Shown here piece after piece: positions 8,311 through 18,237 of a stretch of DNA of 64,000 nucleotides (positions within the stretch are counted from its first letter, which is position 1; every line of letters starts with the position of its first letter). The notes under the pieces are model-generated. The model ran no database searches and was not told the DNA's origin. It saw only the letters and a program-made list of their open reading frames with translations. Both the position numbers and the translations under genes were made by a program. The DNA comes from a virus: IMG/VR virus record IMGVR_UViG_3300030085_002462; one strand, 5' to 3'.

Positions 8311-11300
8311 ATGGCAGAGAGGTGTTATGGATCGGAAGGATTTGAGGACGAAGAGCTAAGGAATATACCTAACCCTCTTGACTCCGAGAATCCTTCCATC
8401 CCCCTACAACAACAAGCAGCAGCAGGTGAACCTGAGGTGGTTTATCCTGTCTATGCAGGGCGCTGCTACGGTCCTGATGGAGAGCCGTTGGCACCCAACC
8501 CTCTCGACCAGTTATTCCCTACGCCAGAGACGCCAGAGACCCCTGATGAGCCAGCACCTACCCCTCGTGAGGTAGTGCAGGAGTTGGTCAACAGATGTTA
8601 TCCAAGTCTTGCTCCCCCACTTCTAACACCTCCAGATACAGGTCTCCCTCCATTAAATACGATTGATCTGGATCTGGATGATCAGGTTAACTGGTTGTGT
8701 GATTTCTTTCCTGACCTGCCTTTCTGTGATGGTGGTCCTACAGGTCCACTCCCAACTAAATTTCCAATCCCTGATCTAGGTAAGCCTGGTTGGCCATACC
8801 TTACATCAGGTGATGACTGTGACATCATTGCTAAGATGGCACCCATGGGTCTGTTGGTTGACCTAGGTAATGGATACTGGGAAGATCCCAAGACGAAACG
8901 AGTATATTATTGTGAGGGTGTGCCTCACGAGCAGAATTTGCCATGGGAAGCATGTGTGTTGAATACACTTGAGTGTCTATTCAAACCATACATGGGTGGT
9001 AACTGGAAACCACCTAAGGCAGACTGTGACACCATGTATCCTCGTGGATGGAGTGGCACAAAGGATGAATTCTGTATTGCTAATTGCTTCCCTGATCGTG
9101 TGCCTATCATGGAGGCACGGAGTGGTAATGATGCTGTCACCCTACAGATCTCACCATTCAGTAATGGATTCCATAACAAACGTGTTGCCACTGCTAGGTC
9201 TGATGGTAGTTGGAATGGTAAAAAGAAAAGATTAGAAGGTGGTAATCAGATCTTTACGTCTGGTGGCACCATCAGTTGGACTCAATCATTCGGTGGTGCT
9301 AGTGTAAGTATTAATGCCACTGGTATTAATGATGGTGGTGAGTGGGATTCTGAATGGTGGTTTAGTTACAGTGGCAGTCTTCCTGCACTAGGCACCAAAC
9401 AAAACTTCACACTAAACGGACAGAAGAATAGTGTCACTGTCCAATTCAAAGTAATCGCTGCTGGATCAGCAGGTCAAGATCATACCTACTGGAATACTGA
9501 CGACGGTAACGTTGCACCAGTGGGATACACTTCATCTGAAAATAACCCACAGTTTTATGTGCTGCGTCAACCTATTGAAGGATCGCAGGGTGGTTACGCT
9601 GACAACATACAGATCAAACGTGTGTTAGATAACACTGGTGATGCTGATGTGCAGCATACAGATCGAGATGGACAACAAGTTAACCCATCCATCTGGTATT
9701 TTAACGAGGGTGGTCACAAGTATTGGCCAGACAATGTAGATCTCCCTAATGGAGATGCTGTCTACGGTGATACTATGACAGAGACTGCAAAGTTTAAGGA
9801 CTTCACAGTCGTATTTAAGGTGCGTCCTATCTACCGTAGAAAGGGTGGAGACACCAAGGATATTGATAGTGAATGGCAGGTTGTGTCGTGGTCATATCCT
9901 GCCGATAAAGATATGCCTAAGACAGGCACTAGGTTTAAGTATTCTTTCATGCCTAAGACAAATGGTAAGAAAGGAAAGAAGAAAGCACAAGTAACATTTG
10001 AATTCACTGGTCCTCCTTCCACTAGGACTACGGTGCCTCTATTCAAATTCTATTCTGAGTCACGTCAGGATACTATGCTCACCACTAATCCTGGTAAACC
10101 TGACTCACCTGGTCAGGGTGAGAGAGCACTGCTCAATGCTGGTGGATATGTTTCACAAGGCATTGTTGGTTATGTGTTTAAGGATCCTCAGAAGATGATC
10201 TCTTATCTTGCTGATGGTGAGTATGCCACTGCTCTACACAGATATAACTATCCATTCGGCACCTCTGATAACTACCAAGATCATAGATACTCCATTGATC
10301 CTGAAGGTGCAGAGCAGCAACCTGAATACAATAGGAAGAAACAGTTTTATCACATCCCTAAGAAAGTCCGTAGTAGTTTACAAGTCATTGCTGATATCCA
10401 TAAAGGATCTGCAGGATATAAAAACACCTTAGGATTCTATCTTGCTAATCAAAGTGGTCCTCAAAAAGGATTCATCCTAGAGCCTAATGCTAAAGACTCA
10501 GGTGCACTTAGAAGGATTGAGATTGATCCTGGTGAATTTAATGGGTTTGAAAAACACACCATGGGATTCTTCTTGATTCCTGATGGTGCTGACTACACTA
10601 CATTTAGTGTGGGTCAAGAGATTACTTTCTCCTCACAGAGTGATGGGTTTAGAGGTGATGGTATTAGTAGTGCTGAGAATAACTATGTGCTCTTCTCTGA
10701 CTCTGATTGGAATCCAGACAATAAAGACTTTACTAAGTGGGATGGTGATCAGTATCAATACTGGGAAGATCTAATCAATGGTGATGATGACTATGATGAT
10801 TGTAAATTCTGGCACAAGGTTAACTGGACTGATGATGGATATGTGTATGAAGGTATCGAGTGCTATGTCTATCGTGATGCAGCACCAGAAAAGATCATGC
10901 AACCTATTGAAAACAAGTCTCCTTGTGACAGTAGGATGTCCAACAGGACATTTTCAGATGTAATCTTACAACGTGCTGACTGTGGTGCATCTTCTCTACC
11001 TATAGATGAAGAATGGGAGATGAAAGTCCAGTGTGGTAAGTGCACTGGAGACTATGTTGTTGAGCAGAATCGTGTCCAGACAATCACCATCGTTACAGGT
11101 GGCACCTATGAATTAAAATCCATGGGTGGTATCACTGGTGGTATCTATGGTGACTGCATTCGCTGGAGACAGAGACTGAAAAAGAATGGCAGTATCATTC
11201 ATGATGAAAAGTATAAGGCAAGAAAATGGCCTGAGATTGGCACAACACTCTTCGGTCCTTTCAGTGTTGCTGAGGGAGATACCCTAGAGTTTGAGGTTGT

Positions 11301-12738
11301 CAGTCTTATCTCTGGTCCTCCTACAGGTCTAGTGACCATGGAGATGTCCTTCTTTGACACCAACACCAAGATGTTTGAGGACACATTCTCTCTCAGACTG
11401 GGCACTCACAGCGTCCCTAACGAGCAGTCCGTAGAAGTTTGGGGTGATCAAGGCGGCGGTGCTATCGACACCCTCTACATGCAGATGTATAGTCGTGGTA
11501 AAGGTGAGTGGTATGCTGGATCACCTGATGGTGAGTCTTATAACAACAGCACTGGCACGCTGGTATGGGATCATGGTAATGGTGGCAGGACTCCTACAGG
11601 TGACTGGAATACAAACCTGATGGGTAGACCAGGTGGATCCTCCTCAAGTATCAGTGTCAATGAGTGGAGTAATCTGCAGCGTGACCCTGATAATTCCAGA
11701 GGATATTCACATGACTATGCTGCAAGACAATCATTCATTGATTCATTCAATGTCCCTGATGCATGGGCACCAAGAGAATTCACTACAGGTAATGTAAAAC
11801 AAGAAGACGCTGAAGATTTCTCGCTGTGGGATAAAGTACGGCCAGACTTTACTGAGTTGTTAAGTAGGTATCTCTATACCGATGATGATCCTGAGGTTAG
11901 AAACGATCCTGAGGGTAATCAGGAGTCATCGAGGACGACCGAAGGTGATTGTGTTGAGGATACTGTCAACCCTCATGAAGGTTTCTTCATCGAGAGTAGA
12001 ATGTCTCTCAATGATTTCTGGTATAAGAATAGAGACTATTCTAATCCACGCAAAGGATTTAGAAACGAGGTAAACACTGAGTGTCTTAACTGTGATATCT
12101 TTGACAACCAAGGAAACCTAGACTGGGAGAGAGTGCACTATCATCTGTCGCCAGGATCTACTAAACCTTTGTGGTCACAGAATAATGATCCCGAGAATTA
12201 TTCAGAGGAGGATGGATTTGAGGTGGTCACATTCATCCATGACTATGAATTAGAGGGCACTAAGAATCTTCCTAATGCTACTCCAAGAGGGGGCAAGATC
12301 AGATGTGCTATCACATTCTGGAAAGCATATGCTGATAACGATCCATCAGAGTCTAGAATGCACAAGGCAACAACATGGAATGCTATGGTTGAAGTGCTAG
12401 AAGTATTGTCTTATGGCACAAACTATAGACCTAATGAAGAGTTTGTGTTATACTGGCCACCTGAGCGTGTGAAAGAGAAAGAAAATTCCTCGATCTCACC
12501 TCACTACCCAGATCAAAACGACCATGATGAGAAGACGGTAAGGGTAAACAGAGTCAACCTTGGCACTCAAAGGTGGGAATCTTATAGTGGTAGAGGTCAA
12601 AGTAATTACCAAGCTATCGCTGTGCATGAGTCTTATTATCAAGAGTCACATCGCACTGGGTCTAGAAGATGGCATCTTCTAACTGACAAACTAAAACATA
12701 GAGTTAAATTCAAAGTTATTATTGGTGACATACAATGA
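8311..12738 (+). CDS. Giant probable virion structural protein, 1475 aa
   Basis: Late promoter; Pro/Cys-rich N-terminus; beta-rich body with a YWEDLINGDDDYDD (DUF4114-like) motif. Confidence 0.75.
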   Translation: MAERCYGSEGFEDEELRNIPNPLDSENPSIPLQQQAAAGEPEVVYPVYAGRCYGPDGEPLAPNPLDQLFPTPETPETPDEPAPTPREVVQELVNRCYPSLAPPLLTPPDTGLPPLNTIDLDLDDQVNWLCDFFPDLPFCDGGPTGPLPTKFPIPDLGKPGWPYLTSGDDCDIIAKMAPMGLLVDLGNGYWEDPKTKRVYYCEGVPHEQNLPWEACVLNTLECLFKPYMGGNWKPPKADCDTMYPRGWSGTKDEFCIANCFPDRVPIMEARSGNDAVTLQISPFSNGFHNKRVATARSDGSWNGKKKRLEGGNQIFTSGGTISWTQSFGGASVSINATGINDGGEWDSEWWFSYSGSLPALGTKQNFTLNGQKNSVTVQFKVIAAGSAGQDHTYWNTDDGNVAPVGYTSSENNPQFYVLRQPIEGSQGGYADNIQIKRVLDNTGDADVQHTDRDGQQVNPSIWYFNEGGHKYWPDNVDLPNGDAVYGDTMTETAKFKDFTVVFKVRPIYRRKGGDTKDIDSEWQVVSWSYPADKDMPKTGTRFKYSFMPKTNGKKGKKKAQVTFEFTGPPSTRTTVPLFKFYSESRQDTMLTTNPGKPDSPGQGERALLNAGGYVSQGIVGYVFKDPQKMISYLADGEYATALHRYNYPFGTSDNYQDHRYSIDPEGAEQQPEYNRKKQFYHIPKKVRSSLQVIADIHKGSAGYKNTLGFYLANQSGPQKGFILEPNAKDSGALRRIEIDPGEFNGFEKHTMGFFLIPDGADYTTFSVGQEITFSSQSDGFRGDGISSAENNYVLFSDSDWNPDNKDFTKWDGDQYQYWEDLINGDDDYDDCKFWHKVNWTDDGYVYEGIECYVYRDAAPEKIMQPIENKSPCDSRMSNRTFSDVILQRADCGASSLPIDEEWEMKVQCGKCTGDYVVEQNRVQTITIVTGGTYELKSMGGITGGIYGDCIRWRQRLKKNGSIIHDEKYKARKWPEIGTTLFGPFSVAEGDTLEFEVVSLISGPPTGLVTMEMSFFDTNTKMFEDTFSLRLGTHSVPNEQSVEVWGDQGGGAIDTLYMQMYSRGKGEWYAGSPDGESYNNSTGTLVWDHGNGGRTPTGDWNTNLMGRPGGSSSSISVNEWSNLQRDPDNSRGYSHDYAARQSFIDSFNVPDAWAPREFTTGNVKQEDAEDFSLWDKVRPDFTELLSRYLYTDDDPEVRNDPEGNQESSRTTEGDCVEDTVNPHEGFFIESRMSLNDFWYKNRDYSNPRKGFRNEVNTECLNCDIFDNQGNLDWERVHYHLSPGSTKPLWSQNNDPENYSEEDGFEVVTFIHDYELEGTKNLPNATPRGGKIRCAITFWKAYADNDPSESRMHKATTWNAMVEVLEVLSYGTNYRPNEEFVLYWPPERVKEKENSSISPHYPDQNDHDEKTVRVNRVNLGTQRWESYSGRGQSNYQAIAVHESYYQESHRTGSRRWHLLTDKLKHRVKFKVIIGDIQ

Positions 12739-13166
12739 GTAATGGTTTTGGGGATTTTGTCCCTGATGTTAAAGGCAAGAAGCGCCACGAAAACTGGGCA
12801 GAAAGATCCTTGGAGAAGTCTGCTCGTGAATTGAAGATGCTTCGCAAAGTCATTGAGCAATACAAAGATGATCCCAATGGCAAGCGTAAGATGCTGAAGA
12901 AGATGCGTCGTCTGTGGAGATCTAACCTGCAAGAGGTTAAAAACATGGACTACAAACCTAAAGGTGAAGCATGGGTGCCACCTACTCTTGTCGATCAAGA
13001 TGAGACTATCGAAGATCCCCGTGAGACCGAGGGAGAATCTGTAGAAAATATGAAGGAAGAGGATATGTCACGAATCCGTGATATACTAAATAAGAATTCC
13101 ACAGAAGACCAAGACGCTCATGATCAATCTGCACCAGAAATACAACCACTACCTCCACACGGATAA
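12735..13166 (+). CDS. Conserved cyanophage hypothetical protein
   Basis: ORF track; basic N-terminal half and acidic C-terminal half. Confidence 0.75.
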   Translation: MSNGFGDFVPDVKGKKRHENWAERSLEKSARELKMLRKVIEQYKDDPNGKRKMLKKMRRLWRSNLQEVKNMDYKPKGEAWVPPTLVDQDETIEDPRETEGESVENMKEEDMSRIRDILNKNSTEDQDAHDQSAPEIQPLPPHG

Positions 13167-13377
13167 GATCTTGGATGACCATGACATTCATGAACGTATC
13201 ATCAGTTATGGTTGGCGAGATGATGGCGAGACAGTAATTGGATACTATGTCTTGACAGAAAACCACATCTTGCATTATGATCTTAAAGAGCGACTTCTGG
13301 AGACGAAGAAGCGAGAGCTTCCTCAACCCAAAGGAGGTCCAACTCACTGGCGCACAGTCAATCCACTTCATGATTGA
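13120..13377 (+). CDS. Conserved cyanophage hypothetical protein
   Basis: MINLHQKYNHYLH...; late promoter CTAAATA at 13086-13092. Confidence 0.7.
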   Translation: MINLHQKYNHYLHTDKILDDHDIHERIISYGWRDDGETVIGYYVLTENHILHYDLKERLLETKKRELPQPKGGPTHWRTVNPLHD

Positions 13378-13406
13378 CTGGGGAAACCTCCCCAACTGTC
13401 ACACGG

Positions 13407-13439
13407 TTGACAAAAATGGAATTCCTGCTAGTATAAATA
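13407..13439 (+). promoter_or_regulatory. Composite sigma70 and late promoter
   Basis: TTGACA(13407-12), TAGTAT(13429-34, 16-nt spacer) and TATAAATA(13432-39). Confidence 0.65.
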
Positions 13440-13542
13440 ACCATTCGTGACTTACGTTACGGATTGTTACAAACGGAGTCATGTCGAGACTCCTATCATC
13501 TGCGGGTAAAACTCCGCAAGTAAACTAAGGAAACAAATACAA

Positions 13543-13917
13543 ATGATCAAAACTGCAATCGCTACTCTTGCCGCTACTGCTGCTGTGGTAGCCCCATCTG
13601 CTGCCCTTGCAGGTCCCTACGTCAACATCGAGGCAAACTCTTCTTTCACGGGATCTAATTACACTGGTACAACTACAGACGCTCACGTTGGCTACGCTGG
13701 CACTGCTGGTGAAGCTGTGTCTTGGGGTGTGCAAGCAGGTCCTAGCTTCGTCGTTACTGACGGTGGTGAGTCTGATACTGTCCTCTCTGGTAAGGTCTAC
13801 GGCAGCGTTGCTGCTACTGAGAAACTCTCCGTTTATGGTGAGTTGTCATTCGCTGGTGGCATCGATGATGCTGACAACGGTTACGGTACTAAGGCAGGCG
13901 TGACTTACAGCTTCTGA
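13543..13917 (+). CDS. Small outer-membrane beta-barrel or porin-like protein
   Basis: Signal peptide ending A-L-A, alternating amphipathic beta strands, C-terminal aromatic YSF (BAM-type signal). Confidence 0.7.
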   Translation: MIKTAIATLAATAAVVAPSAALAGPYVNIEANSSFTGSNYTGTTTDAHVGYAGTAGEAVSWGVQAGPSFVVTDGGESDTVLSGKVYGSVAATEKLSVYGELSFAGGIDDADNGYGTKAGVTYSF

Positions 13918-13935
13918 TAAGTTAATATAGATATA

Positions 13936-13962
13936 GGGGGAGGCAAGTCCTCCCCTTTTTTA
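13936..13962 (+). terminator. Rho-independent terminator
   Basis: GGGGAGG-caagt-CCTCCCC followed by a T run. Confidence 0.9.
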
Positions 13963-13976
13963 TTCCCTGAAATATT

Positions 13977-14228
13977 ATGGCATCGAATCCAGGACCAACT
14001 GCAATTTATACGAGACCAGGATGTCCGTATTGCACAAAGATAAAAGAACTATACAATGGTAAAGGTTGGACATACTCTGAGTTTGTCCTCGGTAGAAACT
14101 TCACTAAACCACAGTTTTACAACCAGTTTGGACAGGGAGCAACCTTCCCACAAGTCCTAATCAATGGTCGTGTTACTGGTGGGTGCACCGAAACCGTTAA
14201 GTATCTCATGGAGAAAAAACATCTGTAA
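13977..14228 (+). CDS. nrdC: Glutaredoxin (NrdC-like)
   Basis: CPYC active site; TFPQV and GG motifs. Confidence 0.9.
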   Translation: MASNPGPTAIYTRPGCPYCTKIKELYNGKGWTYSEFVLGRNFTKPQFYNQFGQGATFPQVLINGRVTGGCTETVKYLMEKKHL

Positions 14229-14587
14229 TGACGAAGCAGTCTATTGACAAAGAAGAGCTTTACGCGATTGTTGATCGTGCCATTGATGAGGCAATGGTCA
14301 ACAGTCGTTTTCTTTTCAACATGTATAATTATTTGAGCGCTGGTAAGTGGACACGACGTGCGACAAATGATTTCATTGAATCATCTGTTGCAGCAGAGTT
14401 AAGCAATACAGTGCAAGAGCTTGATGATTTTATCAAGGGTGGTGACAAGCAACTAAAGGAAGCGTATGGTCACCTTGGTAAACCTCAAGCAAGAAAGATA
14501 CGAAAGTATCTCTACGGCATTCTTGAAGACGCTTGGAAATACCATCACGAAAGGCGGCCAGGTCGTCGCAAGAAAGTCGCTAAATAA
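14228..14587 (+). CDS. Conserved cyanophage hypothetical protein
   Basis: ORF track; coupled to glutaredoxin. Confidence 0.75.
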   Translation: MTKQSIDKEELYAIVDRAIDEAMVNSRFLFNMYNYLSAGKWTRRATNDFIESSVAAELSNTVQELDDFIKGGDKQLKEAYGHLGKPQARKIRKYLYGILEDAWKYHHERRPGRRKKVAK

Positions 14588-14615
14588 AAATATCAGGTAG
14601 CATAGGAGGTATGCC

Positions 14616-14855
14616 ATGGCAGACGCATCTTTTCTTTATATTGCATTCTTCCTTACTATCGGATCCTTCATCTTAGGGTTGATCGTATCATGGAATCTGC
14701 GTAAAGTATGGGATGATTGGAAAGCAAGAGCAGAGTATGCTGCTGTCGTAATGCATCCAGAAATGGAAACAGAAGACGGTATTGTTGACCCATCAGAGTT
14801 ATTGTACTTGCGATTTACAGACGAGGATGATATACTAGAAGATGAAGATGAATGA
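14616..14855 (+). CDS. Single-TM hypothetical protein
   Basis: GGAGG RBS; late promoter TAAATA at 14581; HPEM...G..D..ELLYLRF tail. Confidence 0.75.
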   Translation: MADASFLYIAFFLTIGSFILGLIVSWNLRKVWDDWKARAEYAAVVMHPEMETEDGIVDPSELLYLRFTDEDDILEDEDE

Positions 14856-14877
14856 TGTATTTTAGGAGACCATTCTA

Positions 14878-15315
14878 GTGAGACTTATGATTTCTGAAGT
14901 GCTACAAAAAGCACATAACGCCAAGACAAAGGCGCAGAAAGTGAAGATCCTGCAAGACAATAACACACAGACTCTTCGCTCTCTGTTTATTATTAACTTT
15001 GACGAGACTATTGTACCTCGTGTCCCTCTGGGTGAGGATGTCCCTTATCGTCCCAACGAGGCACCTAAAGGGACAGAGCACACTCTGCTAGAGCAAGAGG
15101 GTAAGAAACTCTATCGCTTCTTCAAAGGTGGTGATGATACACTGCCCAACATGAAGGTGGAGAATATGTTTATCCAAATGCTTGAAGGACTTCATCAGTC
15201 TGAAGCAGAGGCATTGATCAAAGCAGTGAATAAGTCACTGCATAAAAAATATAAGATCACTCGTGCTTGTGTGGAGGAAGCATTTCCGTCCATTGAGTGG
15301 GGCAATCGCAGTTGA
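14878..15315 (+). CDS. Conserved T4-like phage hypothetical protein
   Basis: AGGAG RBS and GTG start; ISEVLQK...LFIQMLEGLH.SEAE pattern. Confidence 0.8.
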   Translation: MRLMISEVLQKAHNAKTKAQKVKILQDNNTQTLRSLFIINFDETIVPRVPLGEDVPYRPNEAPKGTEHTLLEQEGKKLYRFFKGGDDTLPNMKVENMFIQMLEGLHQSEAEALIKAVNKSLHKKYKITRACVEEAFPSIEWGNRS

Positions 15316-15572
15316 AGATCAAAATTTTACATCAAAATTGTGATCCTACGATGGCACAGGATAAAACCTTGCCCTATACTGCATACCTAGTTGAGTATCA
15401 TGACGGAGATAAAGTCTGTTATGATATTGCTAGTGCACCCAAGACTGTAGATCTCTTTGACTACTATTGGGATAATTATAAACACGGATTCAAAAAATGG
15501 ACACAGACAGAGGGCAGGGTGAATCCAAAGATGTGGAATCCACCAGGCACCAAAAAAGAAAAAGGAAAATAA
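15312..15572 (+). CDS. Hypothetical protein
   Basis: TTGA overlap start; LPYTAYLVEY...GRVNPKMW. Confidence 0.7.
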   Translation: MKIKILHQNCDPTMAQDKTLPYTAYLVEYHDGDKVCYDIASAPKTVDLFDYYWDNYKHGFKKWTQTEGRVNPKMWNPPGTKKEKGK

Positions 15573-15850
15573 TGAAGCAGGAGATCTATACTAAAGTAGA
15601 TCCAAGGACCGTTGGTGAAACTCTCATGCCAGATGATGAAATGACTGAAGAGGAAATGGAGAGACAAAAGAATATTGAATTGGGGGCAAAGGTCTCAGCA
15701 GCGCTGGGCACCCTATTCATTTCACCCCTTGTGCTTATGTTTGTTTGGAATGCATTCATTCCTTCACTGTTTGCACTCGCTGCCCTGAATTACTGGCAGA
15801 GTATGGGCATCATAATTATTTCACGATTGATCTTCCCTAAGAATGACTAA
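15572..15850 (+). CDS. Membrane hypothetical protein
   Basis: TAATG coupling; two hydrophobic helices. Confidence 0.7.
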   Translation: MKQEIYTKVDPRTVGETLMPDDEMTEEEMERQKNIELGAKVSAALGTLFISPLVLMFVWNAFIPSLFALAALNYWQSMGIIIISRLIFPKND

Positions 15851-16580
15851 ATTTTATTCTGATCCTATCGAGCATTCCTCTAAGGTTTGCTTGGTATCTG
15901 TGACGCCTGATGCTGAGAAGCATATGGGATACGTTGCTCGCGTAAGCAACCCAAAGAATCAGAGCAACCCTGAGGTTGCTGGACTACTTAAGTATTGCAT
16001 CAAGCATGGGCACTGGTCTGTGTTTGAGCAAGCACACATGACTCTTGAGATCAACACTACTAGGGGACTGGCGGCTCAAATACTGAGGCACCGTAGTTTT
16101 ACCTATCAAGAGTTCTCACAACGCTATGCAGATACTAAACTGCTGGCAGATACTATTGAGGTGCCTGACTTGCGTCTACAGGACACAAAGAATCGTCAGA
16201 ATAGTATTGACGGTGTGCCTGCAGACCAGAAAGCATTTCTCCAAGGTCGTATCCATCAATACTTTATTGAGGGAATGGATCTCTACAATGAATTGCTTCG
16301 AGAAGGAATCGCAAAGGAGTGTGCTCGTTTTGTGCTTCCCCTCGCCGCGCCCACAAGAATTTTCATGACAGGATCTGTGCGTTCATGGATCCATTATATT
16401 GAATTGAGGTGTGCTAATGGCACACAGAAGGAGCACATGGATATTGCTCAGTTGTGTAAGCAACACTTCGCATGTCAGTTTCCTACTGTTGCTAAAGCAC
16501 TTGACTGGTGTGAAGACAAAGAAGAATGTGGTTGTCCTGATGGATGGGATGACCTTCAACCCTGTTTGAGGATCGATTAA
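15843..16580 (+). CDS. thyX: FAD-dependent thymidylate synthase
   Basis: GHWSVFEQ, RHRSFTYQEFSQRY signature, ECARFVLP, GTQKEH. Confidence 0.97.
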   Translation: MTKFYSDPIEHSSKVCLVSVTPDAEKHMGYVARVSNPKNQSNPEVAGLLKYCIKHGHWSVFEQAHMTLEINTTRGLAAQILRHRSFTYQEFSQRYADTKLLADTIEVPDLRLQDTKNRQNSIDGVPADQKAFLQGRIHQYFIEGMDLYNELLREGIAKECARFVLPLAAPTRIFMTGSVRSWIHYIELRCANGTQKEHMDIAQLCKQHFACQFPTVAKALDWCEDKEECGCPDGWDDLQPCLRID

Positions 16581-16810
16581 TGCCTACTTACCCTGTAATA
16601 AATAAAAAAACTGGAGAGAAAAAGACTCTCTCCATGACCATGAAAGAATACTGTGATTGGAAGGATGAAAATCCTGATTGGGATAAAGACTGGATGGAGG
16701 GTGTCGCTGGCACTACCTATGGTCAACCCAAACAATCTGATGGATTCAAAGAGGTGATGCAGAAAATCCAAGCAAAACACCCTGGTGGTAACCTTAGTCG
16801 CTATACCTGA
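16580..16810 (+). CDS. Conserved T4-like hypothetical protein (MPTYP... family)
   Basis: ORF track; usual position between thyX and phoH. Confidence 0.75.
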   Translation: MPTYPVINKKTGEKKTLSMTMKEYCDWKDENPDWDKDWMEGVAGTTYGQPKQSDGFKEVMQKIQAKHPGGNLSRYT

Positions 16811-16816
16811 TAACCT

Positions 16817-17563
16817 ATGCCTCGTAAGAAGTCTCCCGTCCCGTTTGGTATGAGTAATAAGCAAATGAAGAGACGTAAACCGATTAATTTAGATCACCTG
16901 AAAACTATTCAGCCTCTAACTGATCATCAACAAGAAGTTTTTGATTGTTATGCTGAGGGCAAGCACCTTATTCTTCATGGTGCTGCTGGCACAGGTAAAA
17001 CATTCATCAGTCTTTACCTAGCACTACAACAGGTGCTAGATCCACAGTCACCATACGACAAAGTTTATATGGTGAGGTCTCTTGTGCCAACACGAGAGAT
17101 TGGTTTCCTGCCTGGTGATCACGAGGATAAGAGTAACCTTTACCAGATTCCTTATAAGAATATGGTCAGGTTTATGTTTGAGATGCCAGATGATAATTCT
17201 TTTGAGAATCTGTATGCAAATCTCAGGACTCAAGAGACTATCTCTTTCTGGTCTACATCATTCCTTCGTGGCACCACACTTGACAACTGTGTTATTATTG
17301 TGGATGAGTTTAGTAACCTTAACTTCCACGAGTTGGATTCAATCATCACTCGTGTCGGACAGGATTCTAGAATCATTTTCTCAGGTGACTACGCACAGTC
17401 AGACCTAGTTAAAAAGCATGAAAAGAGTGGAGTCCTTGACTTCCTCAAGATCGCCCAAGCAATGGAGTCATTCTGTTGCATTGAGTTTGGCATCGATGAC
17501 ATTGTGAGGTCTGGTCTGGTCAAAGAATACCTAATTGCAAAACACAATCTTGGATATGTTTAA
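16817..17563 (+). CDS. phoH: PhoH-family ATPase
   Basis: GAAGTGKT Walker A, IGFLPG, RGTTLDN, IIVDE, IIFSGDYAQSDL, RSGLVK. Confidence 0.97.
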   Translation: MPRKKSPVPFGMSNKQMKRRKPINLDHLKTIQPLTDHQQEVFDCYAEGKHLILHGAAGTGKTFISLYLALQQVLDPQSPYDKVYMVRSLVPTREIGFLPGDHEDKSNLYQIPYKNMVRFMFEMPDDNSFENLYANLRTQETISFWSTSFLRGTTLDNCVIIVDEFSNLNFHELDSIITRVGQDSRIIFSGDYAQSDLVKKHEKSGVLDFLKIAQAMESFCCIEFGIDDIVRSGLVKEYLIAKHNLGYV

Positions 17564-18237
17564 TGATGTTTACACATGTTGGTCCTGCTAAACCACTCGG
17601 TGAGTTGGAGAGCAGGACTCTACCCTATGGACGTTTCTATAAGATAGACGACGGTTGGTTGCCTAGTGTGACTACCGTCGTTTCTCATAATACAAAGGCA
17701 GGTATCCTTGCATGGGAGAAGAGAGTAGGTTATACTGAAGCGGAGCGTGTGCGTCGTGCAGCATCTTGGCGTGGCACAAAGTATCATGGTATCGTGGAGG
17801 ACTACCTTAACAATGAATTGGAAAAAGTTGAAGAAAGCGAGGGTCTTCCCGCTTACCTTTTCAGGTCTGCTCGTGAGACTCTTAATCGTATTTCTAACAT
17901 ACATGCTCTTGAAGCCCCTCTTTATAGTGCTAAGTTGGGGATTGCTGGTCGGGTTGATTGCATTGCTGAGTTTGATAACTCTCTAGCAATCATTGACTTT
18001 AAGACTACAAAGAATCTCAAGAAGGAAGAGCACCTAGAGAAATTCTTTGTGCAGGAGGCAGCATATGCCTACATGTATTACGAGATGACTGGTGTTGAAG
18101 TTGACAAACTCGTCACACTATCTGTGGCAGAGGATGGACAGGTGCAGGTCGTTGAGAAGCATGACAAGGTGCCCTATATCAATACTCTTATCGATTGGAT
18201 CGAAGAGTATCGTTACTATGTGAATAATACAAAATGA
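17563..18237 (+). CDS. PD-(D/E)xK exonuclease (cyanophage exonuclease A, Cas4-like fold)
   Basis: PSVTTV, RGTKYH, AGRVDCI, IIDFKTT, QEAAY. Confidence 0.88.
   Translation: MMFTHVGPAKPLGELESRTLPYGRFYKIDDGWLPSVTTVVSHNTKAGILAWEKRVGYTEAERVRRAASWRGTKYHGIVEDYLNNELEKVEESEGLPAYLFRSARETLNRISNIHALEAPLYSAKLGIAGRVDCIAEFDNSLAIIDFKTTKNLKKEEHLEKFFVQEAAYAYMYYEMTGVEVDKLVTLSVAEDGQVQVVEKHDKVPYINTLIDWIEEYRYYVNNTK

Noticed and set aside
13383-13404. Sixth full copy of the palindromic operator
   Set aside because: Only the right half (AACTGTCACAC) matches and the spacing to the sigma70 -10 differs; treated as a half-site.
13441-13542. Glutamine riboswitch (glnA / Downstream-peptide) or Yfr2 assignment for the beta-barrel leader
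   Set aside because: The conserved CGTTCA...CGGAAG core is absent and only one GGAAACA is present, doubling as the RBS; left unassigned.
17563-18237. Cas4-like nuclease as evidence of a CRISPR system
   Set aside because: It is the core cyanophage exonuclease in its usual phoH-gp33 context; I saw no repeat-spacer array or other cas genes in the window.
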